Source: Pelomyxa schiedti
Lineage: Eukaryota; Protista; Evosea
Length of the DNA: 64,000 nucleotides
Direction: 5' to 3'
NCBI GenBank assembly: GCA_020536535.1
Contig: JAHLWZ010000865.1
Span: 1-64,000, forward strand
In this document: one piece after another, positions 12,880-23,500 of the stretch
How positions within the stretch are numbered: position 1 is the first letter of the stretch
Layout of the letters: each line of letters begins with the position of its first letter
The notes under the pieces: model-generated
Databases searched by the model: none
The model's input: only the letters and a program-made list of their open reading frames with translations
Told to the model about the DNA's origin: nothing
Position numbers and translations under genes: made by a program

Positions 12880-13097
12880 AAAAGAAAACATTGGGACTCA
12901 CACTTTTAATTTTTTTGGGTCTTTGGATCTTGCCATGTGATGCTCCTCAGACGCTGGAAAGACCACGAAACGGTAGAACGTGTCTGGTCCCGATGTGGTC
13001 CAGACATTTCAGAATTTTCCCTTCACAGGGTACAGAGAACCAGGACCTTTTCTGCCCCGTTGATGCCAAAAAGTGTGAGTCCCAAACATGTTTTCTT
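12880..13097. repeat. Imperfect fold-back element with ~26-bp terminal inverted repeats
   Basis: AAGAAAACATTGGGACTCACACTTTT (~12882-12907) vs AAAAGTGTGAGTCCCAAACATGTTTTCTT (~13069-13097); inner pairings TGTCTGG/CCAGACA and TGTGA/TCACA. Confidence 0.75.
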
Positions 13098-13101
13098 CCT
13101 T

Positions 13102-14301
13102 TCACAGAATGCGTTTGAGCACATGAGAGAACCCAGCACGCTCTGCAATAAGGTCAAGAAAGACACAAGGCAGTCCATTTGCCATGTGCGGGAAACCACA
13201 AGCCTGCAAAAACAGACTGACATTTCCATAAGAAGGGGATAAGCTGTGTGTAGATACATAACTTCTTCCACCACCACTTTGAAAGGTGCAACTGTCAGGA
13301 CCATTGGGTGTGCTCCACGCACTCCATTCAAAACCTCTGATCTTGATGGCCAAACTCAACCAAGGTGGTGAGGGTAAACTTGGTTCACGGTGCCGATCGC
13401 AGTGTGCTGCCGACAAGGCAACAGTTGGTGGTGCTGGTGGCAGTGGTGCACTGGAATCGGTGGTACAGAATCCAACTTCAAATGTCCCGGAAAGGCAGTC
13501 CCTGGACTCAAGCTTGCTGGCACAGTAAACAAACACCCTTTGTTTATTCCTGGGGTGCTCGGCGTTATTTGGAGTGTAGAACCAGATGGCACCTGCAGAG
13601 GTTTGTACGCTATTCTCTTTGTTGGGGTAGTGAACTTTCTCTGTGAATGACACAAGCCTCACACAATCAACGTATCTGCCATACAATTCAGCAGCCAACT
13701 GGGCCCCTGCTGTAACCAAACAAGGGGTATCGTGTTGTGGAGCTTTCGCCACCTCCATTTCCCATATCTTCTGCTTCATCCGTGCCTTCATGAAACTGTG
13801 TGCAACCTTTAGCTCAGTCACGGCACGTTCCAGCGCTCCGCCTACGGCGCTTTCCTCGCCCTCGTTCATTAATACCACCGCCTCTCCTCCCATTCTGGTT
13901 ATTGCACTGCTACTTGACCCACCCGGAAGAGGGATCGAGGGTAATGGCCTCAGTGCAACCCTCACGCGCATCAGCACGCTGATTCTTTCGCATGCTCGCA
14001 TACAGGCTCGTGAGCACTGAGCGAAATTGCAAAGGCTCTGTGGTCGGATGCGCTCTATTGTCCGACTCCATCTTGGACTGGGAACACCATCACCAGGTGG
14101 GGAAAGGGGAAGGTGAGGGGGGAAGCATAGCATCTGAGCTATTATTTCAAGCACGTTCTGGGGAAGCACTACGTCCAGGGAGTATTTGAGCCCAACAAGT
14201 TCTGTTTCTGACTGCCTGGTGACAGTGCGCGTTGCAACTCGTATTCGTTTTTCAAGGCGAATAGCCGGTTCAACTGCATCATCGTTATCACCCTTCATCA
14301 T
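13102..14301 (-). CDS. Intronless hypothetical protein with a possible F-box-like motif
   Basis: ~400-codon uninterrupted ORF; LDVVLPQNVLEIIAQML...LCNFAQCSRAC resembles a split F-box. Start chosen at MMKGD because the longer ORF overlaps the next gene. Confidence 0.5.
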   Translation of the reverse strand: MMKGDNDDAVEPAIRLEKRIRVATRTVTRQSETELVGLKYSLDVVLPQNVLEIIAQMLCFPPHLPLSPPGDGVPSPRWSRTIERIRPQSLCNFAQCSRACMRACERISVLMRVRVALRPLPSIPLPGGSSSSAITRMGGEAVVLMNEGEESAVGGALERAVTELKVAHSFMKARMKQKIWEMEVAKAPQHDTPCLVTAGAQLAAELYGRYVDCVRLVSFTEKVHYPNKENSVQTSAGAIWFYTPNNAEHPRNKQRVFVYCASKLESRDCLSGTFEVGFCTTDSSAPLPPAPPTVALSAAHCDRHREPSLPSPPWLSLAIKIRGFEWSAWSTPNGPDSCTFQSGGGRSYVSTHSLSPSYGNVSLFLQACGFPHMANGLPCVFLDLIAERAGFSHVLKRIL

Positions 14302-14329
14302 TTTTCTTCTTTCGCACAAACGAAAGTGG

Positions 14330-16884
14330 ATGGACACTAGTGATGGAGGTGTACCCAACCGTACTAATCGGTGCGTTGTAATAGAAGCAGGGTGCGTTCA
14401 CGTGTCGCAATTGGTGTCTCCTATTTGCGTACCAGACTCTCGTATTCTTTCCCTAAACAAAATGCTTTACAATTACAGTCACATCGTAGACTGATACTGA
14501 CTGAGTTCCATTCTATTATAAAAAAAAAAAAAAGTGTTCAACCTCACATGTAAGTGCAAAGTCACAACCAACGACTTGTACTTGTGCCTCAAGTGTGGCC
14601 AGATTCTATGCCACAGTGAGGACCCAGAAGTTACTGCACCGGGCACTTCCGCTCCTTCACCGTCGCCTTCGCCTTCCCCATCACCACGCCTGCTTTTGTC
14701 TCTTTCATCTACAGTATCTGGCGCATCGCCACTCTCACCCTCTCCGTCCCCCTCTCTTTCTTCCTCTTTCTCGTCTTCGGCTTCCTCCTCAGAGTCTTCC
14801 TCTTCTTCCTCGTGCTCCCCTTCGCCGCCATTGTCACCTCGTTCCGAGCAACAATCCGAACAACAAATACAATCACCGGTTCCAAGTCTCGTTCTAACTA
14901 AACCTGATGAACAAATTGAGTCAAACACAGCAACACCTATTTTTTGCCCACTACCAATCCCAGTGCCACTTCCTCAAAGTGAGTCTATTTCAGCACAAGT
15001 AATGGATGAACCCCCCACACAAGCAACTGCATTAACAGAGGAGGTTTCATCCTTTTCAGGAGAGGCCTCTGAAATCCCAATTCCTCCACCACCACCGCCA
15101 CCTCCACCACCACCTCCACCCCCTTACATGAATTTTCATCTCCGGATTCCAATGAATTTCACCTCTCTACGTAGAGGAAGATACCGTAATAGACCAGCAG
15201 AAAACTTTAAAAATGGCTGCGCACTGACACATGCCCTTGTGCACCCTGTGGTGCTAAAACTGGAAGATTTGACGCCATGGTGTGTTGGTGTGTGTGCTGT
15301 CATTCAGTTTATTGGCCAATCTAACACAGTGAAAAGGTGTCTTGCTTGCAAGGCAACCCCTGATTCACCGGTCTTCCTGGACTTTGTTGTAACCATCTAA
15401 CATTGAACAGGAAATTGCTGCGATAATCCTAGCCTTGAAAGATAAAAAAGATCAAGAGAGTATATTATTCTTCCAGTCATTCTCCTTACTCACTCAACTA
15501 AAAAGCGGATCCTGTATTAAACAAACTCATTCTGGGAATCCCAAATAGATTGAATCCCCGAAATCATCAATTCCTTGGTATCCGAGAGTTTGCTGCATGT
15601 CTGAAGCACGGAGATTTTAAGAATATCATAGTATTAAAGTACTTACTATCTTTTTGTGATCCCCTGTGCATATATACATCTTTAGTGGCCCTGGCCTTTA
15701 TTCGAGATCTGGCTGGCCTTGCCCGATTAATACCCTATCAAGTGACCTACTTGCGGAAAAATTCCATGTAAACAGTCCGACCGCTCTTTTTAAAATGAAG
15801 TAAGAGTTCAAGCTCCTCTTTGTTGCTTATTGGTTCAGAGATTTTGTAGATAATCCTGCTCCTTTTTTTTCATTTGCAAAACATTTTCTCTCTCCTCAGT
15901 TAAAGGTTTCCCACCCTCTCCAATTAATAAGATCTCAACAAAAAAAGCCAAGAAAACCACATCTGTTTATAAAAAGTCTCCATGACAGAGGATACCTGAT
16001 GAGGGTGTACACTGTAAATATCGATATGCTTGAATATGCAGCTGGTATGTACTGTCCTTCCAACTGTTTCTAATTCGTGACATGATATTTCACAGGAATC
16101 CCTGAGGAAAAATTAGTTCACGCATATGGCTCGTTTCTCACTGGGAGATGTACCAGTTGTCACTGTATCTACAAGCTGCCATTCTTTCTTGGTAACAGCT
16201 ATTTTGCAAACATTTATGACATTAAATGCATGTAGAGTGTGCCCTCTCTAACAAGTTGCCATTATGCCTGGAATGTGGACACTGTGTTAAGCCAGGTTAG
16301 GAAATCTATTCCCTCAAGACTCTCTAAATGCCCCAAGATGTTCTATTTTTTGGGGAGCAGCTTCCCCTCAGATTTTATGAGCTCTCAGAAGAAGATTTCC
16401 TTTCGGTATGGTGTAAAAGAATAGGCCAGTCTAATTATCGTTAGTGCGATTTGTTAATCGTGATGGGAGTGCCCCTCACCATGCAACCATTTGGTTCCCT
16501 CATCCATCAAGTGTGCCCTTGTTCCTAATAACTATCTCCCTAATAAATCCCTCAGGTCGGCAACAAAGTCCCCCGAATTTTTATCAACTGTAGCAATAGC
16601 CTTGACCCCTCCAATGCACATATTCACGTCGATCCTGTTTTGACATGCATCAATGCATTATGTTCAACTCCCATTTCAGGCTGTTTCTAACCCTAACAAA
16701 AAAAGTGACTGAAAGTAAGCCTCCAAAGAGGGAGCATGACTTGATTGTTTTACAAAAGTGCTCTGCTGCTTGTTCCACACTAACCAAGACTCTGGGATGG
16801 AATGCACATTCTACAGATAGTGAGTCCCAAACTGTCACTGTACCCGAACAACAGAACACGGCGGCTTCACTTGACGGAAAATAA
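14330..16884 (+). CDS. zf-UBP + class I sirtuin-fold protein, predicted catalytically inactive
   Basis: GCVH...CKC...LYLCLKCGQILC (zf-UBP, split by a Ser/Pro insert); then KNIIVLNGPGLY...PHLFIKSLHDRGYLMRVYTVNIDMLEYAAGIPEEKLVHAYGSF...CTSC...CLEC...VKPDVLFFGEQLP...CDLLIVMGVPL...VPRILIN. Confidence 0.85.
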
Positions 16885-16972
16885 ATTCTGAGCTCATTTG
16901 AAAAAAAAAGGAATGTATTTTCTTTACTCAATTTACGCTCTGCCCGGCTTTTCTCCCTGTAAAGTAGTAAGC

Positions 16973-18269
16973 TTAAAACAAGAGATGCAAAATCACGGAG
17001 CCAAAGCACAATAGTATAATAGGGCAAACACTGAAACTCGTACTACTTTCACCTTCCACAGAAGAACAATCAGGCAATGCATCAAAGTGTAGTGGCTCAT
17101 TTTGCAGTATGAATATCAATTCACCACATGCCCCACAGTGAAAAGGCCAAACCATTTCAACCTCCACAGCGGCATCCCATAGTTGTTGTGCTCCCTCTTG
17201 AGCAGCCTCAAAATCCCCAATACTGAGCAGTGACCAGCCTACTGGTGTCATATCCCACCCCACATCAAGCATTTCTGCGCCATCCGCTGTGCTGAAAAGG
17301 TCCTGTTCTAGAGGTTGGCACCACTGCGGGTGCAGTGTAACCAGCTTTCCAACAATTTGGTCGGAATCGCAGGGAGAATTGTCCGGTATGGCTCCAAAGG
17401 CTGTAGGCCAAGCTTGGCATACTGCATCAGCATACAGAATAGTCCAGTTAGCACTTTCAGTATTGCGGGCCTCATCCATGTACATTGACCAACCTTCATC
17501 CTCATTTCTCCATAGATTGGTTTGAATTGCACCGGAAACTGCACTGGCAAGACTGCTGCAGCGGTTTGCCAGTTGTGTTTGTGAAAGTGCCAATGCCAAT
17601 TGCTCACAGGCGTGCAGCCCAGCAACGACTTCAGAGTTGTCCATGAGATATTTGATGTGGTAGCTTGGTTTCGCCCAAGTCAAGTTATGGTTAAGTGTCT
17701 GCTCAATGGCTGTCACGGCCAGTGGTATAGAGTCAGCCAAATCCCATAAAAGGGTAGAATTCGAATCCACTTTGTAAGTGTAATAAAGTGCAACAAGGTA
17801 CATTGCCGCATAAGAATCAGTGCTATCCATATCCCCCTGTTGATATGAATACGTGTCACAGTGAGCAATTTTGAAAAACCGAGGGGAGTCAGATAAATGT
17901 GGGAGAGGCTAGATTTATAACTGTTTCCTGCCAGTCAGAATCGGGTTCAGAAATATCCCTGGTGTAATCAAACACAAATCCAGTGGTTGGGTCCATGTGG
18001 TCACGGTACCAGCCAAGCCACGACCACGCCACACCAGCCCACGCGGGGTCGGGCGAGTCCACCAGTGCCGTGGCCGTCGCTAGCCCCAACGCCCCAAAGT
18101 GCGACCAGTACGGCACCAAGTCAGACTGGTCCGTAGACATCGCGATGGCCCCTTTGTAGCTGCACCCCACGATGAAGTCTGCTAGCTGCTGTGGGTCTGG
18201 TGCTGTGCACAGCGCGGTGGTTGTGAGCCACGTCAACACCAAGCCTGTCAAGAGCAACGATGGCTCCAT
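16973..18269 (-). CDS. Secreted/anchored six-hairpin glycosidase-like protein (bacterial-like)
   Basis: Signal peptide, PYWSHFGALGL, WLGWYRDHM, DSTDSYAA, LTWAKPSYHIKYLMDNSEV; hydrophobic C-terminus; only one intron. Confidence 0.55.
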
Positions 18270-18307
18270 CGGACTTTGGTTTTAGGGTTTGTTTTTTGTT
18301 TTTGTTG

Positions 18308-21300
18308 CTAGGATGACAGTACAAAGTTGTAGAACTGAAACCAGGTCATGGTGCGGGTGTGTGGTGAAGGTGGAGGGAAGTCTTGACTTGGTGGTTCGTT
18401 TTCATTAATTTCCCCCTTGATGATTATGTCTGCTTCGGCAAGCCTTTCTACTAGTGCTGCATGGCATGAGGTCTGCAATTGTGGTGTGTATCTTGTTGGG
18501 TGCAATCATAAGAACTTACCAAGACTCGACCAAGATTTCCAGCGTCAAAAGTACTTGAGGATGTAAACTGCCCAAGGAGGCATATCTTTTTAGCCTTGAC
18601 TGGGTTTTGAGATAACCGTCTCCCAAACCTACTATGATAAGCAAAACGACATAAAAGAAATAGTCCATACCGGTCCTCTGGCAAAAACTTTCCAGCACTT
18701 TCACATTCGTACAACCTTTTCATAACTTAGAAACCATAAAAAAAACCTATAGTCAAAAAACCATTGTGGTGATACAACCCACTTATGAGTCAGTAAAGCC
18801 AGAAGTGCCCACAAGCTTGGTTCAGGGGTAACCTTTTTTCGAAAAAAAAAACCCAAATTAAGAAATGGGATATATACAACACTGCGGCATACCACATGGG
18901 TTATTCCGCGGTGGAACACTTTGTCTTTCCAAACAGAAGAACCCAAGTGCTCTGCAATTCTCGTGAGAGCACCACATTCCTCAGGTGCTAATTTGCAGAA
19001 GGTGATAACTGTGAACTGTTGGTTTTTCATTCCTAATAGGGGTTAGATAACCTAGATCTGTGCTTGGTTGGTTTCGGTTTTCATCAGGGTTAATAGAAGC
19101 AGAAGGCAAATCAGGAAACGGGACTGGGGACACGTTTAGGGAAAGTCTGGGCCTGCTATGTACAACTTTGGATGCTGGAACGGAATTTGGAAACTCTGGG
19201 CACTTTGACTTTCACTACATGGGGAAAAAAAATCACACCAGAAGAGCCAGTTACGTTCTTAGAAGCGCTTGTATCCGCTTGATGCAAAGTGTATAGTATC
19301 CTAAGATCTGCCACAAGGGCTTCAAAATTGGAACGGTTCTTTCGGATTTCACGGGTTCCCAATTTCAGCTTCTTAACAACTGGGGGGGCTTTGGGGTACT
19401 CCTTGCGTAAATGAGGCTAAAGGGAAAAGGGAATTTTCACTTTACTTGGTGGATCAAGGATGCAAGGGTAGCGGTTGCATTTCTCAAAATTGAATCACCT
19501 GACAGTTTCTCCGCCAGAATCAATTTGTCGAAACACTGGGACAAAATGCGCCCAAGGAAAGAACATTCCTTGGAAGGAGGTGGCTTCATTTCACACAAAA
19601 ACGCCAATGCAAGTCTGGCGTGCTCAGTTAACTGGTATTCACACGCATCTACCCTGGAAACGGTGAAATAAATCAAGCAAAAAGCACAACACATACTTCA
19701 CTGTGATAGACATTCCTGTTGTCAGTCCAAGAAATTCTTTCACCGCCGGTATTATGAGGGATTTGTCGCTAGCTGAAAAAAAGGTACTCAACATTACGGA
19801 ACACGAGAGGGAGGAAACCTAGGGAAAGAGCGTGAAGTGTCATGATGAACGCATTTTCACATTTGGTTATAAGTTCCATTTGCAATGACTCTAGTTGTTG
19901 GAAACTCTTTTTAATAAAAGTTTCCATAAAATCCTATTGAAATGAGGAGTAGACTGACGAGTTGATCAGATCGTACATGAACAAGCCACTCCAATGGGGA
20001 ATCTCGCAAATGCCTGCTCCACAACAATGTCCACAATTTAGCAACACACTGCAGAATGTTATGGACTCATAAATATTTTTCCCCCCATACCACCGAGTCA
20101 ATGAGATAGCTGTGGTGGGAAATAGCCCGGAGATATAGTTTACAAAAACCTAGTACTTTTAGTACGAGTGGGTGGGAGTACGACGACTTGCCTTGCACAG
20201 TGATTGTTTGTCTCTCATCAGTGAAATCAGTAAATTGGAGCAAGTGATGCATCTAAATTGTGTTTGCACTCTTAAAAAAAAATGTAAATAAAACCCATGG
20301 AATGTGACAGGATTTTGGAAATGTAGGAACGATAACCAGATACTTCAGTGGCACAGATAATGGTGCTTCTGTGCTTTCTGTCTCTGGCAATCCCAACTGG
20401 TCTACTGATGAATCACTAGCAAGAAGAAAATCGAAGATGAACTGAAGGACAGTTAAATGGAATCGAAGTCATTTCGTTGTACCTTAAGACATATAACTTG
20501 GAAGTCCACAGTTTGTGCGAGAGAAAGTAACTTTATGAAGTGGTCGAACTCTTCAAGGATTACAGTATCCCCCTAAAGGATTAAAAATAACAACTAAGAA
20601 ATAAGAGGCTCTCACCTTGCACATGCAATATAACCCGTAACAATATAAAGCAGCTTGCTTTACACATTCAATTTCAGAGTCCATGTGGGGCTTCACCAGG
20701 TCTGAATACAGAGAGTCCAAGTACGGTTCACACACATTATCACAAGCGTCCTGAGGCATTGCTTCTAACATCGCTTGTGTGGCTAACAGGACACGAATTT
20801 GTCCACAACCACGATCAAAAGTGGATGCCTTGTGAGAGTGAGCCATTAATAAATAACGGCTTGGTAACCTTGTGCTCTTGAAGAAAATTGTGTATATTCT
20901 GTGTAGGTCTCAGGCTAATGAATGGGACTATGATACATACATTTTTGTTAGCAAACACACTTGCTATATCCAGATTGGATTCTGCCATGCAAAGTAGTTT
21001 GTATTGCTCCTCAAAATTGGAAATATCTTGGAAAAAATAATGCTGTATTAGTTATAAACGGACCATCTCTAAATGGCACCTTCCACGGTGCAAACTTTTT
21101 CTTGTGATTCACTAAAGAAATCTTGCGGCTCCTCCAGTGGGTATTCTATCTCAGAAATGATGTGCTCGAGACCAAAACTATGGTAGTGTTTGGAGCACGT
21201 TGAAAGGGCCGAGTGGCTACTTTAAAAACTGTTCTGCAGATTGCGGAGCACACAACTGTGAGATCAGTTTCACCAGTAGGGTCCTGCAGTCTCTAGTAAG

Positions 21301-23296
21301 AATTTCTTTGCATACAACCTCACCTTTGAAACATTACTGTAGGGGAATGGAGTAGTACGTACTTACAAAGGGAACAAGCAAGAGGTTCGCACGCAGATTC
21401 CTGCCAAGGAGCAAATTTTAAATCTAGAAGGAGCAGTAAGAAGTGTTTCAACTCCACAGGTTGCAATGAGAGGACTTGGATGATGTCCATGGCTGGGAAT
21501 TCAACTTAGAATATTTAACGTGGAAGGGAAGGTGCAAGACCAACTATCGGAGTTAGTTGCAACGATTCCACAAATTCCTCAGGGTCTTTCTTGTCTTCTG
21601 TTATATATAACAAAATATTACATCTATGAGAAGGTGGGAGTGTGGGACCAATAAGTTTGTGCAGGTATTTCCATAAAAAGAGCAGATGAGGAAGCTTGGC
21701 ATTATCAACGGACAATGGTACCAAATTAAGGGAGATTGGGTTCACGGCCTGAGAAGAAATGGCATGATTGATACAGACTGTGACTGCAGATTCACAAAAC
21801 GCAAACTCTTCACAAACCTTGATCAAGTAAATTCAATTTTGGAACAAGGAAGAGGAGCTACTTGAAGAATATTGCCAGTTTCAGAAATCCATTTCTCGAC
21901 AAGCTTAAGGGCAGACTCTGCAACTTTATGGTCCCTGGGTGAACAATGAGAGTGTTAGTACATAATTAAAAGTTCTACCGGTCATCGAGACTCAGAACAA
22001 TAATGGCACGTTGCAATGCAGAGCAAGGTGGTGAAATGTCATTCAGCTTTGAAAGCGACATAAATCGCACTAATTCATCTTCATCTCTGGTACGGTCAAC
22101 AAGCCATTGAGTTGCAAGGTCTGCACAAGGCTGGCATGTGAAAATGACGGGCTGCATAGAAAACACAATAGATCGACGAACTCTTCATTTACGTGTTATT
22201 CATTAGAATGTTGAGACCACTGAGAACTTACTTGACTTTATCATGGCTGTGCTCCAAAAAACAGATAAAATTAATAAAATTAATATTACTCCCCTTAGTG
22301 ACCTCACAAGTACCTTATCAGACGGGCCAGTTGTTCAGACATCCCCTGGAAAAACTCTAGAAATGAACAGACGACATCCACTGAAAGTACTCTCACAGAC
22401 GTAGTCCTATCACTACATAATTAGAAAGTATAGGTGCACTGATTTTTGTCACAGTAATCTCTGGGAAAGCTCCGATGATATTTTCTTCTTCAGTTTTACT
22501 TTTTCAAAACTGTGGACTATCAGGAAAGGTACATACCAAATAGAGGGTTACATGGCTTCTTTAAGGGGTTGTTTCTTAACGAAAAGCTGCAGCATTTTCA
22601 TCCAATTTAGCCGCGCAATTTTATTATTACAGCCAGCTGCAACCAAACTGTGCTTGAGGAGGTGCTGTATATACTTCGGCTTTTTCATTTTGAGTAGCTT
22701 TTTCCGTTTGGCATACAAGTAAGCCCAAAGCCACATTACCTGTTGCTCGAGAAATTCCGCTACAAAGTCAAGGGAGCTCTCCACGGTTTCTTGAGCAGAA
22801 AGAGTAAGAAGTCTAAATACTCTATGTTCAAAGCAATCCCAAAACATATTTCTATGCTCATCTTGCCATCTCTTTGATAACAATAAACGAAGCAATATTC
22901 TCGCCTCTTTCACTCTGTTGCATTGAGCAAGAAAGTGGGCTAGGTTTAAACAAACGGGATGAAAACCTGCCTTTTATTTGGTTTGCTTGTGGATTTGTCA
23001 AGAGCTCTGGAAATTCCTTCATCAAATGCCGCAACGGCCTCTCTGCATTCGTCTTCGTCGCTATCGTCGCTGTCATCGCTGATGCGTTCTTCACCAAGAT
23101 CACTTTCATCACTTGGATCCGGCGACGACGATTGTTGGCAACCAAGATCTGCGGGCGTCGTAACAGCAACACCATGCGAACTTTCTCGAGGTGCCTCCGG
23201 CGAGGTCGCATTTTCATCGTTACATGTCAACGTATTGTCTTGTACAGTCACTGCGGTTCTCCTCCTCTTCGACAAGGGCACATGTACTCCCGACAT
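18308..23296 (-). CDS. Condensin subunit CAP-G (Ycg1/NCAPG)-like HEAT protein with C-terminal BRCT domain(s)
   Basis: Acidic N-terminus; VRRSIV...LVDRTRDEDELVR...LDDRDHKV; LVKPHMDSEIECVKQAALYCYGLYCM; LQFIFDFLL; then BRCT-like HLGSSV...ITHVVC...ALLTHKWVVSPQW...CESAGKFLPE. Confidence 0.7.
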
Positions 23297-23500
23297 TCTA
23301 TGATGCCAGACAGATTAGATCTACTGCCCCAAGTTGAGTGTAGGTCCCTTTCCATGAGCAGGGAAACAGTGTCCACACTGTGGCAACTTCCTCCATGATC
23401 ATTCGACTTTGTGCCCCCAATTTCGTTGGTGGTGTCCCTAGATCTTTGAACAGTTTCGATTGCTTCTGTGAAAAAAAATACACCGAAACACGAAAAAAAC

